Assembly (NCBI GenBank): GCA_043228905.1
Contig: JBHGNT010000563.1
Coordinates: forward strand, 1-20,674
Length of the DNA stretch: 20,674 nt
Origin: Azolla caroliniana
Taxonomy: Eukaryota; Plantae; Polypodiophyta
Reading direction: 5' to 3'
Positions 11,099 to 20,674 of the stretch are shown in pieces (positions within the stretch are counted from its first letter, which is position 1; each line of letters opens with the position of its first letter). Made by a program: the position numbers and the translations under genes. The notes beneath the pieces are model-generated. The model was given only the letters and a program-made list of their open reading frames with translations. It was not told the DNA's origin and did no database searches.

Positions 11099-11675
11099 TT
11101 ATTTATTTATTTATTTACAAATTAAAACTACAAATCAGCTTTAAAGCTGTTAACTTAGAATATATATATTTACAATAAAATAATATTAAACCTAAACATT
11201 ATCAAGAATAGCAATATGTCAATTACTAAGGTAAAAAAAACGTATTAATAATAAGTATTAAAAATGAACAATGCAAAAATAAATTAATGGTTATCTGTTA
11301 ATATAACTTTTCAATTCTTTTACAAAATTATTATATTTTTCTAAATTTCGTATATTTTTCGGTATTTCGTTGAAGTACTTGCAGCCTTGATATATTGGTG
11401 ACTTTATCCTTTATTTGTTCGAATTCTAGCAATGCAAATATTATCAGCTCTTCTTGTTTGGTATTGATGTTTATCGGACTTTAAATTTAGATTAATGTTA
11501 GTTTTTGTTTCTTTATTTTTTATTTTATAAATTAATTTACAAAGTTCTAGTTCCTGTAGTTTAGCCAGTTGCATTATAGATAACGAGTTATAAATGTCCA
11601 CTGTTTTTGTATCATATGGAATTTTAAATATTGCTTTTATCGCTTTATTTTGGTCTTATTACTTTTATATTGTTG
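11099..11675 (-). mobile_element. 5'-truncated non-LTR retrotransposon 3' end (CR1/L2-group-like)
   Basis: The minus strand encodes QNKAIKAIFKIPYDTKTVDIYNSLSIMQLAKLQELELCKLIYKIKN...HQYQTRRADNICIARIRTNKG*, typical of the post-RT C-terminus (QN.A.R.I...H.Y.TR...RT) of CR1/L2-group ORF2. It is followed by a 3' UTR with palindrome CAGCTTTAAAGCTG (11136-11149) and a (TAAA)4 tail (11101-11117). No TSD identified. Confidence 0.8.
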
Positions 11676-12345
11676 TCAACACAGCAGCACGTGCTGAAAC
11701 ACGTTAATTATTTATATTCTCAGTTTGTCCATCAAATAGTACAATTAGTGCACATCACTTTAATAAAACAATCAGATAGACGCATTGGCGTTTTCACTGA
11801 TTCGACAGGAGAACGGTCAAATTACGAGACACGATTTCTCGCTATATACAATGCACATCTCGTATTATGAGACAATTCCCTTTTTAAAACAGCTGACTCG
11901 TTTAATTGGATCGCTTATAGGTGATTTAATTATCATCGTTTTGATCCGAAATTAGACTTTGATTATTTGATATTTTGTCTTTCCTCGTATTGCTGCTTTG
12001 TGTGGTATTTCAATATTAGTACATTTATTGTTGGCAATTTTTATTCAATTATAAAAAAATTGACCTGAAAGAAAAATGGCAACGAAGTATTTTTAAAAGC
12101 CTTTTTTCCAAACGCCAACTCCTTTCGGCCGTAAGTTATTTTTATATTTGATTGACAGAAAAATATGAAGCTTGAAACCCATTTTACCACGTTTACGTTT
12201 TAATATTCTTTTATGTCATCCAAAATGAGTTTTTCTTGTAGAAAATTTGTAAATAATTTAAATTTTATTCAAGGATCTTATTTTTAGTATTTAAATAACT
12301 GAAACAGTATTATTAGATTTTCACAGAAAATAATAACACAGTAAC

Positions 12346-13342
12346 CAGTGTTGCCAGGTCCCACAGAAATATTGCATGAGAAATATTTCGCGAAAGCATG
12401 AGATTGAAAAAAAAGACTGACAACTTGGTAGATTTTGGTACTTACGATTAAATAAAGCTTTGAATCTATTGGAAAAGTAATTTAGGAAGAAATTACTAAA
12501 TTTAGCACATTAATAAGATGAAATAATTAAAACACAGTTAAAATATTTATTCAAAGACTAAAAGGAACAAAAACATAAGTAATAAATAACTATCTGATAA
12601 AGTAAAATCCTTGTTAATAAAGTGAAATAAATAAATGTCAATCAGATTCTGAATCAAACATATGTTGGTTTAGCTTTTTGACAAGTTCTTTTGGTATGGG
12701 GAAGTTTGAACATACATATTTATTTTTATTTACCAGACCTGTAGTATAGAGCTGTGACGGTAGAAGTTTTTAATCTATTTCTGTGCTTAGTTTTATTTAT
12801 ATTTACAGCAGAAAATGTTCATTCCACATTTGCACTTGAAACAGGCAAAGTAAGTAAGTAAATAAAAACGGTGTTTGTGGGGTTTTGAAAACGTGATCCA
12901 CTATTAGTCGGAGATTGTATTGATGCTCTGAAATTTACATATGTCATGATAAGGGGTCATAAAATATATTTTAAAGTTTCTTAGTCCCCACCATTTATCG
13001 TCAATTGTTTCTACATCGACATCAAGTAAATTTGGAAATCATTTAAATACATGACCAATAAATCTCATTTTTCGCGATTTAACCGTGTCTGAATCCATAT
13101 ATTCAATCGTTTCAAAAACCGAATCTACGGGGAAATCTTGTGCGAATTGCCTGAACACTTTCAATATAAAAGTTCAAACAATTTAGTTTAACTCTTTCTA
13201 GTCTCTTTTTGCTTGAATTTATTTCTGCTGAGAAATAAATATCTTCCAGTTGTTAAAAAGTTATAGGACGAAATAATGAAAACATCAGATATTTTTTAAA
13301 AACATGAGATCTCATGAAAAAGCATGAGACCTGGCATTACTG
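12346..13342 (-). mobile_element. Internally deleted hAT DNA transposon (997 bp) with TIRs and an 8-bp TSD
   Basis: Left TIR CAGTGTTGCCAGGTC, right GACCTGGCATTACTG (13/15 match). Perfect TSD ACAGTAAC at 12338-12345 and 13343-13350. Minus-strand remnants LEDIYFSAEIN...CLNFYIESVQAIRTRFP and the hAT dimerisation motif LLTLPVSSANVE*TFSAVNINKTKHRNRL (~12770-12860). Subterminal CATGAGA repeats at both ends. Confidence 0.95.
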
Positions 13343-13521
13343 ACAGTAACTTCTTCAGGCTTACTTCTACGACATGTTAGTTGATCGAATGACGTCTTCG
13401 TTCTGCGCATGAAAACTAGTCAAATATAAACGACAAAATACAAGAGTAACATTAGCATCACAATTCCGCCAACAAATCACCAAGTCCAAGGTACCCAGGT
13501 GCAAAAAATAAAACAACTTAC

Positions 13522-13817
13522 GTTTCCAGGAGGTCGTGGCGGATATCCCCCAGCTTGTCCGGGATACTGTCCCGGCTGGTGTTGGTAAAGAGGCATCTGC
13601 GATGAATTTTGCGGCGCTCCGCCCGGCCCGGGCCCCGGAACCATTCCTTTGTAAGAACCGGGATGCGGAGACTGTTGGCCAGGTGGACCGTATCCCCCGG
13701 GACCCGGAGGCATCGGCGAGTGACTTAGCCGCGCAGGTACGTTACCCCCGCCGCCGCTTCCGCTACCGCCGTCTGATTGGCTGCTAGATGGCCGAGGAGG
13801 CATAGGAATGTTTTGTC
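13522..13817 (-). CDS. osa: Internal coding exon of Osa/ARID1, 296 bp, phase 1 to phase 0
   Basis: Acceptor ttgtttcag|GA (13820-13818) completes the split Gly codon from the previous exon (G|GA CAA AAC ATT CCT ATG = GQNIPM). The frame stays open through PPRPSSSQSDGG...GGYPPRPPGN to donor AAC|gtaag (13521-13517). GC-rich island in AT-rich flanks. Confidence 0.9.
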
Positions 13818-15055
13818 CTGAAACAAATCGACAAAACTATAGATTGAATCTTAGACATTGTTTCTTATCGTTTATAAATAGTTTGTTTTGTATTGTTCAT
13901 AATCTGATAAACTTAAATAACTTGAGATACAATTACTATAAGAGGCAATTGTATTTTTTTAATTTAAAAGACAAAACACACTTGATTTTGTTTATCTTAC
14001 AAAAACATTAGAAAACAAAACATGGTAATTTCAATGAGGGTATAAAAATATTAAATAAATGGTTTTAGCGAAATACAAAGGAACTGATGACAAATTGTCA
14101 GACTTACTTTACTTATTCAATCATTTTTAAATAAAAACCAAAAGAAATTTAAAAGACACTTTACAAAGCCAAAAGAAAATTATTTGACGAGATAAAAGAA
14201 TTTGAATATTTTAAATCTGGAGGAAATATTCTGGTAAACAAAAATGTTTATCAATACCCAATACATCGTAATGTGAAGTTTAATATTTAGCTGGTGGTAA
14301 ACTGTACAAAATAATTTTTCATAGAGTAGGAGTTTAAATTTAGGTACATGTAGATTATAACACAGCCAAGGTAGAACAAACAATGTTTTCGTTTAACTAC
14401 ATGCACATCTAATTACTGTTAGTAATTCCATAAATCTCAATGTTTATGTTGTTCCACCATATGATTTAAATGGGTTCATTTAAATTTACTTGACCTTGAG
14501 CCGACCACGCTGAATAAAAATTACGTTACTTATTATGGAAATAAACAATAAACAAAAAAAGCACACGCTTATCTTCGCGTATTAATTTCCGCAATCTAAA
14601 AATAAAACTACTTGCACTTTTTACGTATATCGTTAGACACAAGTTATTAAATTTTATGATACATTAATTCAAAACGGTAAAATATCAATGAAAATATAAA
14701 TGCTCGAACTCAATTAAAAACCGATTTTTAATAGCACACTTTTAATAAATAAACAGTATATATACCTACATAGTACATAAATGGATGCAAAAAGCTATGT
14801 CGCTTATTTCGTGCTCCAATTTTTTAGTTTGAAACTAAGCATTACTAAAAACAAATTAGATATTTACAATTAAAATATTTTTTTGTAAGTGCTTTAATAT
14901 GTGCTAAACAAGGCTATTCTACTAGGACAAAAAAATGGAATATTTACCTATCTTACCGCCTCTCTACTTTAAAAGTACATTTTCTGACATCGTATAAGCC
15001 CAAGGTTCAACATTAAAAGAATTAACTTGAACATTTTTATAAAACGTAAACTTAC

Positions 15056-15185
15056 CGACTGCTGGTGACATTGACCTTGACCCCGTTGACCCAGTCGGCG
15101 AGGGGGTCGGTCGCATACCCTGAGAATTAGGGGTCCCCGGCGCTGGGCCCCCTGAACTGTCGTTGCTGTTTCCCCCGCTAAGATC
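15056..15185 (-). CDS. osa: Internal coding exon (first in window) of trithorax group protein Osa / ARID1 (SWI/SNF subunit), 130 bp, phase 0 to phase 1
   Basis: Minus-strand acceptor ttttttttgttgcag|GAT (AG at 15187-15186) and donor GTCG|gtaag (15055-15051). Translates DLSGGNSNDSSGGPAPGTPNSQGMRPTPSPTGSTGSRSMSPAV(G). I recognise PTPSPTGS.GSRSMSPAV from the insect Osa N-terminal region (recall, no search run). Confidence 0.9.
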
Positions 15186-15306
15186 CTGCAACAAAAAAAA
15201 GGCGTTTTTTAATTTGGTCAGAGAATTATAAATACTTTCGAATCAGCCCAGAGATTGGTCATTGACTAGTAAAATTATACCACTAATATCTGTTGAGGTT
15301 CTCCAC

Positions 15307-16518
15307 CAGGGTTGCCTTGATTTTTTTCAAGTGATTTCAGTCATGATTTTAATCATGACTTAATAAAAAAATTTTGAAAAAATCACGATTTAAATCAAAG
15401 TTCATTTTTTAAGAAACTTTATATTTCCACTCAAAACTTAATAATACTAAAACGGAAATCACTTCAGTACTCTGCGTTGATACCACTGAAGTGGAACACT
15501 AATTTCCCTTCTTTTTCAATTCCCAATCTGTTCCTGATATCCGAATGTGCTCAACATCCTTTCGACAGACGCAGAAGATGTCGTTGCACAATGAAACTGT
15601 TCGCAATTTCCGGTTCCCCACTGAAGTCTGTTCATATTTTTCAGCACCTCATCAGAAAACATAAATTATTTTAAAAAACTGCAGCGATCGTTGAATTTAA
15701 TCACTAGTGGCAACAATCCAAGTTTCTATGAAGCTCACTGATAGTCTCCTAAGCCAGATTCTTCTCTTCAGGAATTAAAGCGTAGATTTGTTTCTCCGGG
15801 CTTAACATGTAAGCAATAAAGTGATAAGATGTAAGAGCTTGCTTGTAGCGATGTTGAAACTTCAGTAGTTTCTCTAAAGATACATTTTGAGATTCTTCAA
15901 ACTTATCTTGTTTCCACTGCACTACGGCATCAGATATTGTGGAAGTTTTCGTCTGGAGTATATCTAGAGCAACAGCAGTTAAGACTTTTCCCTGAAAGAG
16001 ATGAAAAACATGCATCGTTTTCTTCAGTAAAAATCTCATCCAAAAGGCTCGATGCGACCGTTTTTCGAGAAGGAGGACTGTATCCAGGTCTCAATAGATG
16101 AATGGCTTTCTTGACTTCCTAGTTCTCGATACATCTAAAACTTGAGTTTGTGGCAAATATAGCCTAAGCTATTTGTTTGTCAATGAAATGTTTTTTTCCC
16201 CTGCTGAAGTTGGCCTAACTAAATTGGAAATTGAGGGTTTGCTTTTACGTTTCTTTCTCTTGGAAGCCGACTCGGTAGTTGCGTGTAAGATAAAGGAGGA
16301 GGAAGTACTCCCAATCTCAAAAAAGTTAGACGAAGGGTCGATGTTTGCATTTGTTGTTGTGCCTTGTTTGATTTGTTACCATCAGTGTGCCTTCAGTCTT
16401 TGTACTATGCCTTAAATCTCTTTCTTATACTGTTTGCAAGTTGCTCAGCATCTTGACTTATTAGAAGAGGTTGTTTTGATGGAAACTACCAAATACTGTC
16501 TTATTTTCTTCTAGTCAT
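15307..16518 (-). mobile_element. Second degenerate hAT element (BED-finger transposase pseudogene with the catalytic core deleted)
   Basis: Terminus CAGGGTTGCC at 15307 with subterminal palindromes (AGTCATGATT-tt-AATCATGACT 15339-15360; GATTTAAATC 15387-15396). Minus-strand remnants run from the ATG at 16518: MTRRK*DSIW*F..ATCKQYKKEI*GIVQRLKAH (decayed BED finger), LLRPGYSPPSRKTVASSLLDEIF, AVALDILQ..TISDAVVQW..RYKQALTSYHFIAYMLSP, SSASVERMLSTFG..RNRLGIEKEGKLVF. The other terminus was not found. Confidence 0.88.
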
Positions 16519-18672
16519 TGCGTTCTTTTAAAACTGATTTATTATTATTACACAATTTTCAATATTAGCCTGTCTTGAAACTTTGTGAAGTTGCGACAAG
16601 AATTTGCCGTCGAAAATGCGTTCGGACAAGCATTGAATCGGTTCAACTTAGCTTGAATCTTCTCGGCAACAATTGGCTTTAAAACAGCTAATTAAACTGA
16701 TTTATCAAGGCGATATATGTATAATTGAGAAACGGATCAAGAATGGACAAACCATTTGATTTCCAAGTTCTTGTTTGGACCTTTTATTGATCTGGTGGAG
16801 GATGACAGTAAGAAAAAACCTGAATTTAACCTAAAATTTTATTGACTGATGACTTATATTACATTTTAATATAGTGGTACCGGATCAGGAAGGTAATGCT
16901 TTACTTAAAAACTTAACGATGCAGTTTGAAACAAGCCTTAACCAACATGACATTAAAATGCTAAATAAAACGTCATATTTTTTAAATTAATGTTGGTTTA
17001 TGTTAAAAGTTATTGCTTTCCATCGGCTTGTCTGGGGAGCGCTCGAAGACGTAAAAAGCAACAAAATTTCGAGATTTTTCGCCAACTTTATGCCGCTATA
17101 AAAGTGGATATTGTAGCGTTAAAGTTTACAGTTTTTCGCCTGGAGTCCGTTTTCAGGAAGTTTACTTATCGATGGTTCTATAGCCGTATTCTACTCGATG
17201 CAAAAAGTGATGGCCAATAAAAATTTAATTATATTAAGGAGTTCTTTCCGACAAAGTTCCTTTGTTAAATTGTTTTAACTGCGAGAACGACAACGAAATT
17301 ATCGAACTCTGTTAAGTTTTTGAACTATTATATAAAATAGAAAGAGGAATAAAAAGTGATATTTTAGTAAAACAAAGTGATTTTCTCGAATTAAAACTTA
17401 TTAATTAAGCAAGGTGTAATGGATTAGTTAAGTGGTCTTAAATGTTGTTTGGACACCATTATAACTAATAGGTTAAGGACTGTTTAGCCATTCTAAACTG
17501 ACCTACTAAATACCCTAATACATTTAAGTATTAGTCAGTCGGCATGTAGGGTATTAGTAGTCATTAGCAAGGATTTTAGTTATTATCGATTCTAATAAAT
17601 ACTCGGCGACGAATTAAATTTACCAGCTTTGGAAACACAGACTACACAGACCTCATTAAGACAATGTGTTATTAAAATTGTATTAACAACATTGATGTTG
17701 TTTACCGGTATTTACAGATTATTATGGAAAACAAGCCGTATGATTTAACCAAATGTCTTTGATATTATGCCGATTATGTAGGTTCAATTTTAAACTCATA
17801 CTTATTTATTTAACCAATAGATTTGGTGACATTTATTAATTCTTTTTTTCTTAATCCACACTGAAATGACAATCCTATGTAGTCCCCCGAGTAGGAAAAA
17901 GAAATATGCATGCAACTTTACAAAATTGAAGCGCTCACGCAAGCCATACGACATTATCATTGAGTCATTAAAAAGTTTCGTTTAAATTTTACATAAAATT
18001 CAATATATGTTGACAAAGATGTTATCTATCAGCGATCAGCTGTATTTAAACTTAAAAATGTTTAAAATTAACGTTATAGTTAGAAAAACAACCCCATAGG
18101 AACTCATTATACAGTTAAAAATATATTTATAAGAAGCTTATTTCCCTTAATGCTACTTAAAAAAATCATTTGCTTTAAAAACAAACCTCAAGCGTCAAAA
18201 AAAGTTGGATTTAACTACGAATTTCCTCTTTATTTTACACAAGCAATATAGGAAGTGATAAACCAGTTCTACAAAAAGGAACTGCCATCATTTTAAAGGA
18301 CGAAATTAAGCACCAGCAGAACAATAATTATCGCAATATAAAAGCATTTAAACACACGCGAAAAAAAAGTACAACATAATAAGCGTAGATAAATGAACCT
18401 GTTTCATACTCATACATCCAACGCTAGTCAAAAGAAAACAGTTTCCGCAATGGAATAGAAATAGGTAAGTATTAGCGAAGCTATTAGGGTCTTTTTTATG
18501 AACATTCTCTTGCGAATGAAACAGCTGATTTCCTATTTAAAAAAAACGATGCTGATTGTGGCAAAAATTGGCATTTAAGTTCAATTTTTACAGTTATGAT
18601 TTAAAACGTTTTATCTATAATTTTTTGTTTTACAATCTAACAAAAAGACATTTAGGTATAGGAATTATCATC

Positions 18673-18948
18673 CACTGTACAGACATGACATGACTCCCAG
18701 TGATTATTATTCATTTTCCAATTAAACAAATATTTAAATTTTTTTCAGGAAAAGACAGGCTAAACCGGAGCTAAAATCAAATATTAAAAAACGTTTGTTG
18801 TATGGTTTTATTATGAATAAAATGGCTCAGTGAATCGCACAATCTGGCATAATAAGCATTATAACATACACTGTACAGACTTGGCATGCCTCATAGTGAT
18901 TTGTATTCATAAGAGAGTAAACTGCAGCTAAAATCAAATACTAAAAAA
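18673..18948 (+). repeat. Degenerate tandem duplication (~196-bp offset, second copy with a ~39-bp deletion)
   Basis: CACTGTACAGAC.TG.CATG.CTC..AGTGATT..TATTCAT at 18673 and 18869; TAAAC.G.AGCTAAAATCAAATA.TAAAAAA at 18761 and 18918. Confidence 0.8.
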
Positions 18949-20674
18949 GAAGACTTTTAAAAATGAAAGAAATATTAAGTCAGCTTTAAAACACGGTTTG
19001 TTTTACAGGAATAGCCACGTAGTTACAGGTGATATGTCCTATAAAATGCGAAATTTGTAGTGCCTTATAAAGCAAAAAAAAAAAGGATTTTAACAATCAA
19101 TCAAAGATAGTATTTTCTACTCATTAAATATAATCTCAAAAACTATATTTAAAAAAATATAGTTTTAAAGGTTCGTTTTAAGAAAAAATTTAAATATTAG
19201 ACAGCTATTTCCCGCGACAGATTTCTACAAAATGTTATTTACTTTTCAATTTTCATTTTGTGCATGCATCCACTTCTGAATTCGAAACTGATTTCATGGC
19301 AATAATAATGCGATATTTTACGCAACGTCGAATAAAACAAAAATCGTTCGAAATAATAAAATTTACACAAATGCCTCCGTAATTGATATTTAACAGCGAA
19401 TTTATTTTTATTACATAATTTCATTCACGAACTCGTAATTTAAAACGCGATCGGAATTTGGTCAGGAGCAAATGCAATAATTAATTTTGTTTTATTGTTG
19501 CAATTAATGTAAATAATTGTCAATTACAGGGGAAATCATAAAACATAAATGAGATCGCCTTGTTTCCCTTTGTCTTCTATCGGTATTTGATTTTAAGGCT
19601 TTTGCAAGGAAATATATTGAAATATATGGACATTCCAAAACACAAACACGTCGGTCGAATTATTTGTTGGAAAATATATTTCAGACGCAGTGTAATGGCA
19701 ACAATGTGATAGCACTTATGTTGTCCTAAATCATTTATCGATTTCGACCGGTAACTGCGCAATAGGCCCTTCATACTTCGCCTCCCAAATCCGAAGTTGA
19801 AATTCTTTTACGCGAACGGCGCACAAGAAAAAAAACATGAAATGTGTTTATTTAAAAAAATTGTAATATATTTAATCGTCTGCGATTTAAAGTATTAATG
19901 GAACAATTTTTTTCCTGAATTTCGACTACATAACAATATATAAAGCTCTTTTAAATTGTGAGGGATATATGAAACACACCGAATAAATATTATTAAAATG
20001 ATGATTGGTCTTTATGTAAAAAAAACTCACCCAGTATTTCATTTAATTGTTAATAAAAAGTTAAATAAGCTGATTTTCTGGAGTGTTTAAAAATTTTCAA
20101 CTAATGCCTTGCCGTTCAATTAAGTCTTTTGTTCTTTTCACAATAACCCTCCAAGTTCCATATCGCTCAAAATATCTATTAAATCTACCATAAAGCAGAC
20201 GACAAATACACCCTAATATAAACCATCTAATTTGTCAAACAACTAATAATTAAATAAAATTACCAAATATATATTCCACCTGATTCCCTATATTTAAACG
20301 AGATTTGTTATGAATCAGCTGTGAAGCAGACAGCCTTTGTCAGTGTTGAGCTCTCGTTTTATCGATTTAAATCCATTAGAAAGACCATTATATTTATTCC
20401 CTTTAAAACCCTTCTTTTGGCTTTAAATGGCCTTGACACACTTTGGGGTTTCTTTCGGATGACTACAGGATTTCGGATTACACCGAACCTGTTTTTGAAT
20501 GAATTATAATAGGTCGCAGGTTCCTTTTAGCTGGAATGGCGCCATTTTATTCGCTCGCACCTCGCATTACATTCCGATCAACTAACAATGGTCATCGGCA
20601 GGTATAAAAGAGGTGCTAAAATGCAAAGAGTTAACGGATTCCGTGCCTCGTGGGCGTAAATTAGCTTAACTGCT

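Noticed and set aside
15301-16800. CTCCACCAG / CTGGTGGAG inverted 9-mer as the TIR pair of the second hAT
   Set aside because: It is out of register with the CAGGGTTGCC terminus, does not extend, and has no 8-bp TSD.
20465-20496. Small hairpin ACAGG(AT)TTCGG-attaca-CCGAACCTGT followed by Ts, resembling a terminator or Helitron end
   Set aside because: Intrinsic terminators are irrelevant in this eukaryotic context, there is no downstream CTRR Helitron terminus, and it is too short for a pre-miRNA.
9989-20509. Remaining short ORFs (e.g. 9989, 10500, 11631, 13808, 14180, 16173, 16990, 19239, 19577, 20321)
   Set aside because: Their composition is AT-driven with no recognisable motifs, and some are antisense to TE remnants. 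They are treated as chance ORFs.
20603-20610. TATAAAAG as an antisense promoter TATA box
   Set aside because: There is no TCAGT-type initiator at the expected distance, and the motif is common in AT-rich DNA.

Overview
This is AT-rich eukaryotic DNA from an insect, plausibly a beetle (inferred from the protein sequence). The whole window appears to lie inside the trithorax-group gene osa (ARID1/BAF250 subunit of SWI/SNF) on the minus strand. Three GC-rich, Pro/Gly-rich coding exons (15056-15185, 13522-13817, 7537-8224) have canonical GT-AG sites and matching phases. The introns hold a 182-bp satellite array (1-2573) ending near a Tc1/mariner-type terminus, a dispersed fragment of that satellite flanked by a ~24-bp direct repeat, and a degenerate DNA-transposase remnant (Sola-like, tentative) interrupted by an inverted, diverged ~180-bp dimer of the same repeat family. 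They also hold two internally deleted hAT elements (one with both TIRs and a perfect 8-bp TSD), a 5'-truncated LINE 3' end and an (AG)19 microsatellite. The most interesting signal is one ~180-bp repeat family seen in three states (homogenised array, TSD-flanked insertion, old inverted insertion) within 7 kb of one intron, which suggests a satellite that spreads by insertion. I see no prokaryotic-type system and no novel protein-coding system. All alignments were done by hand.
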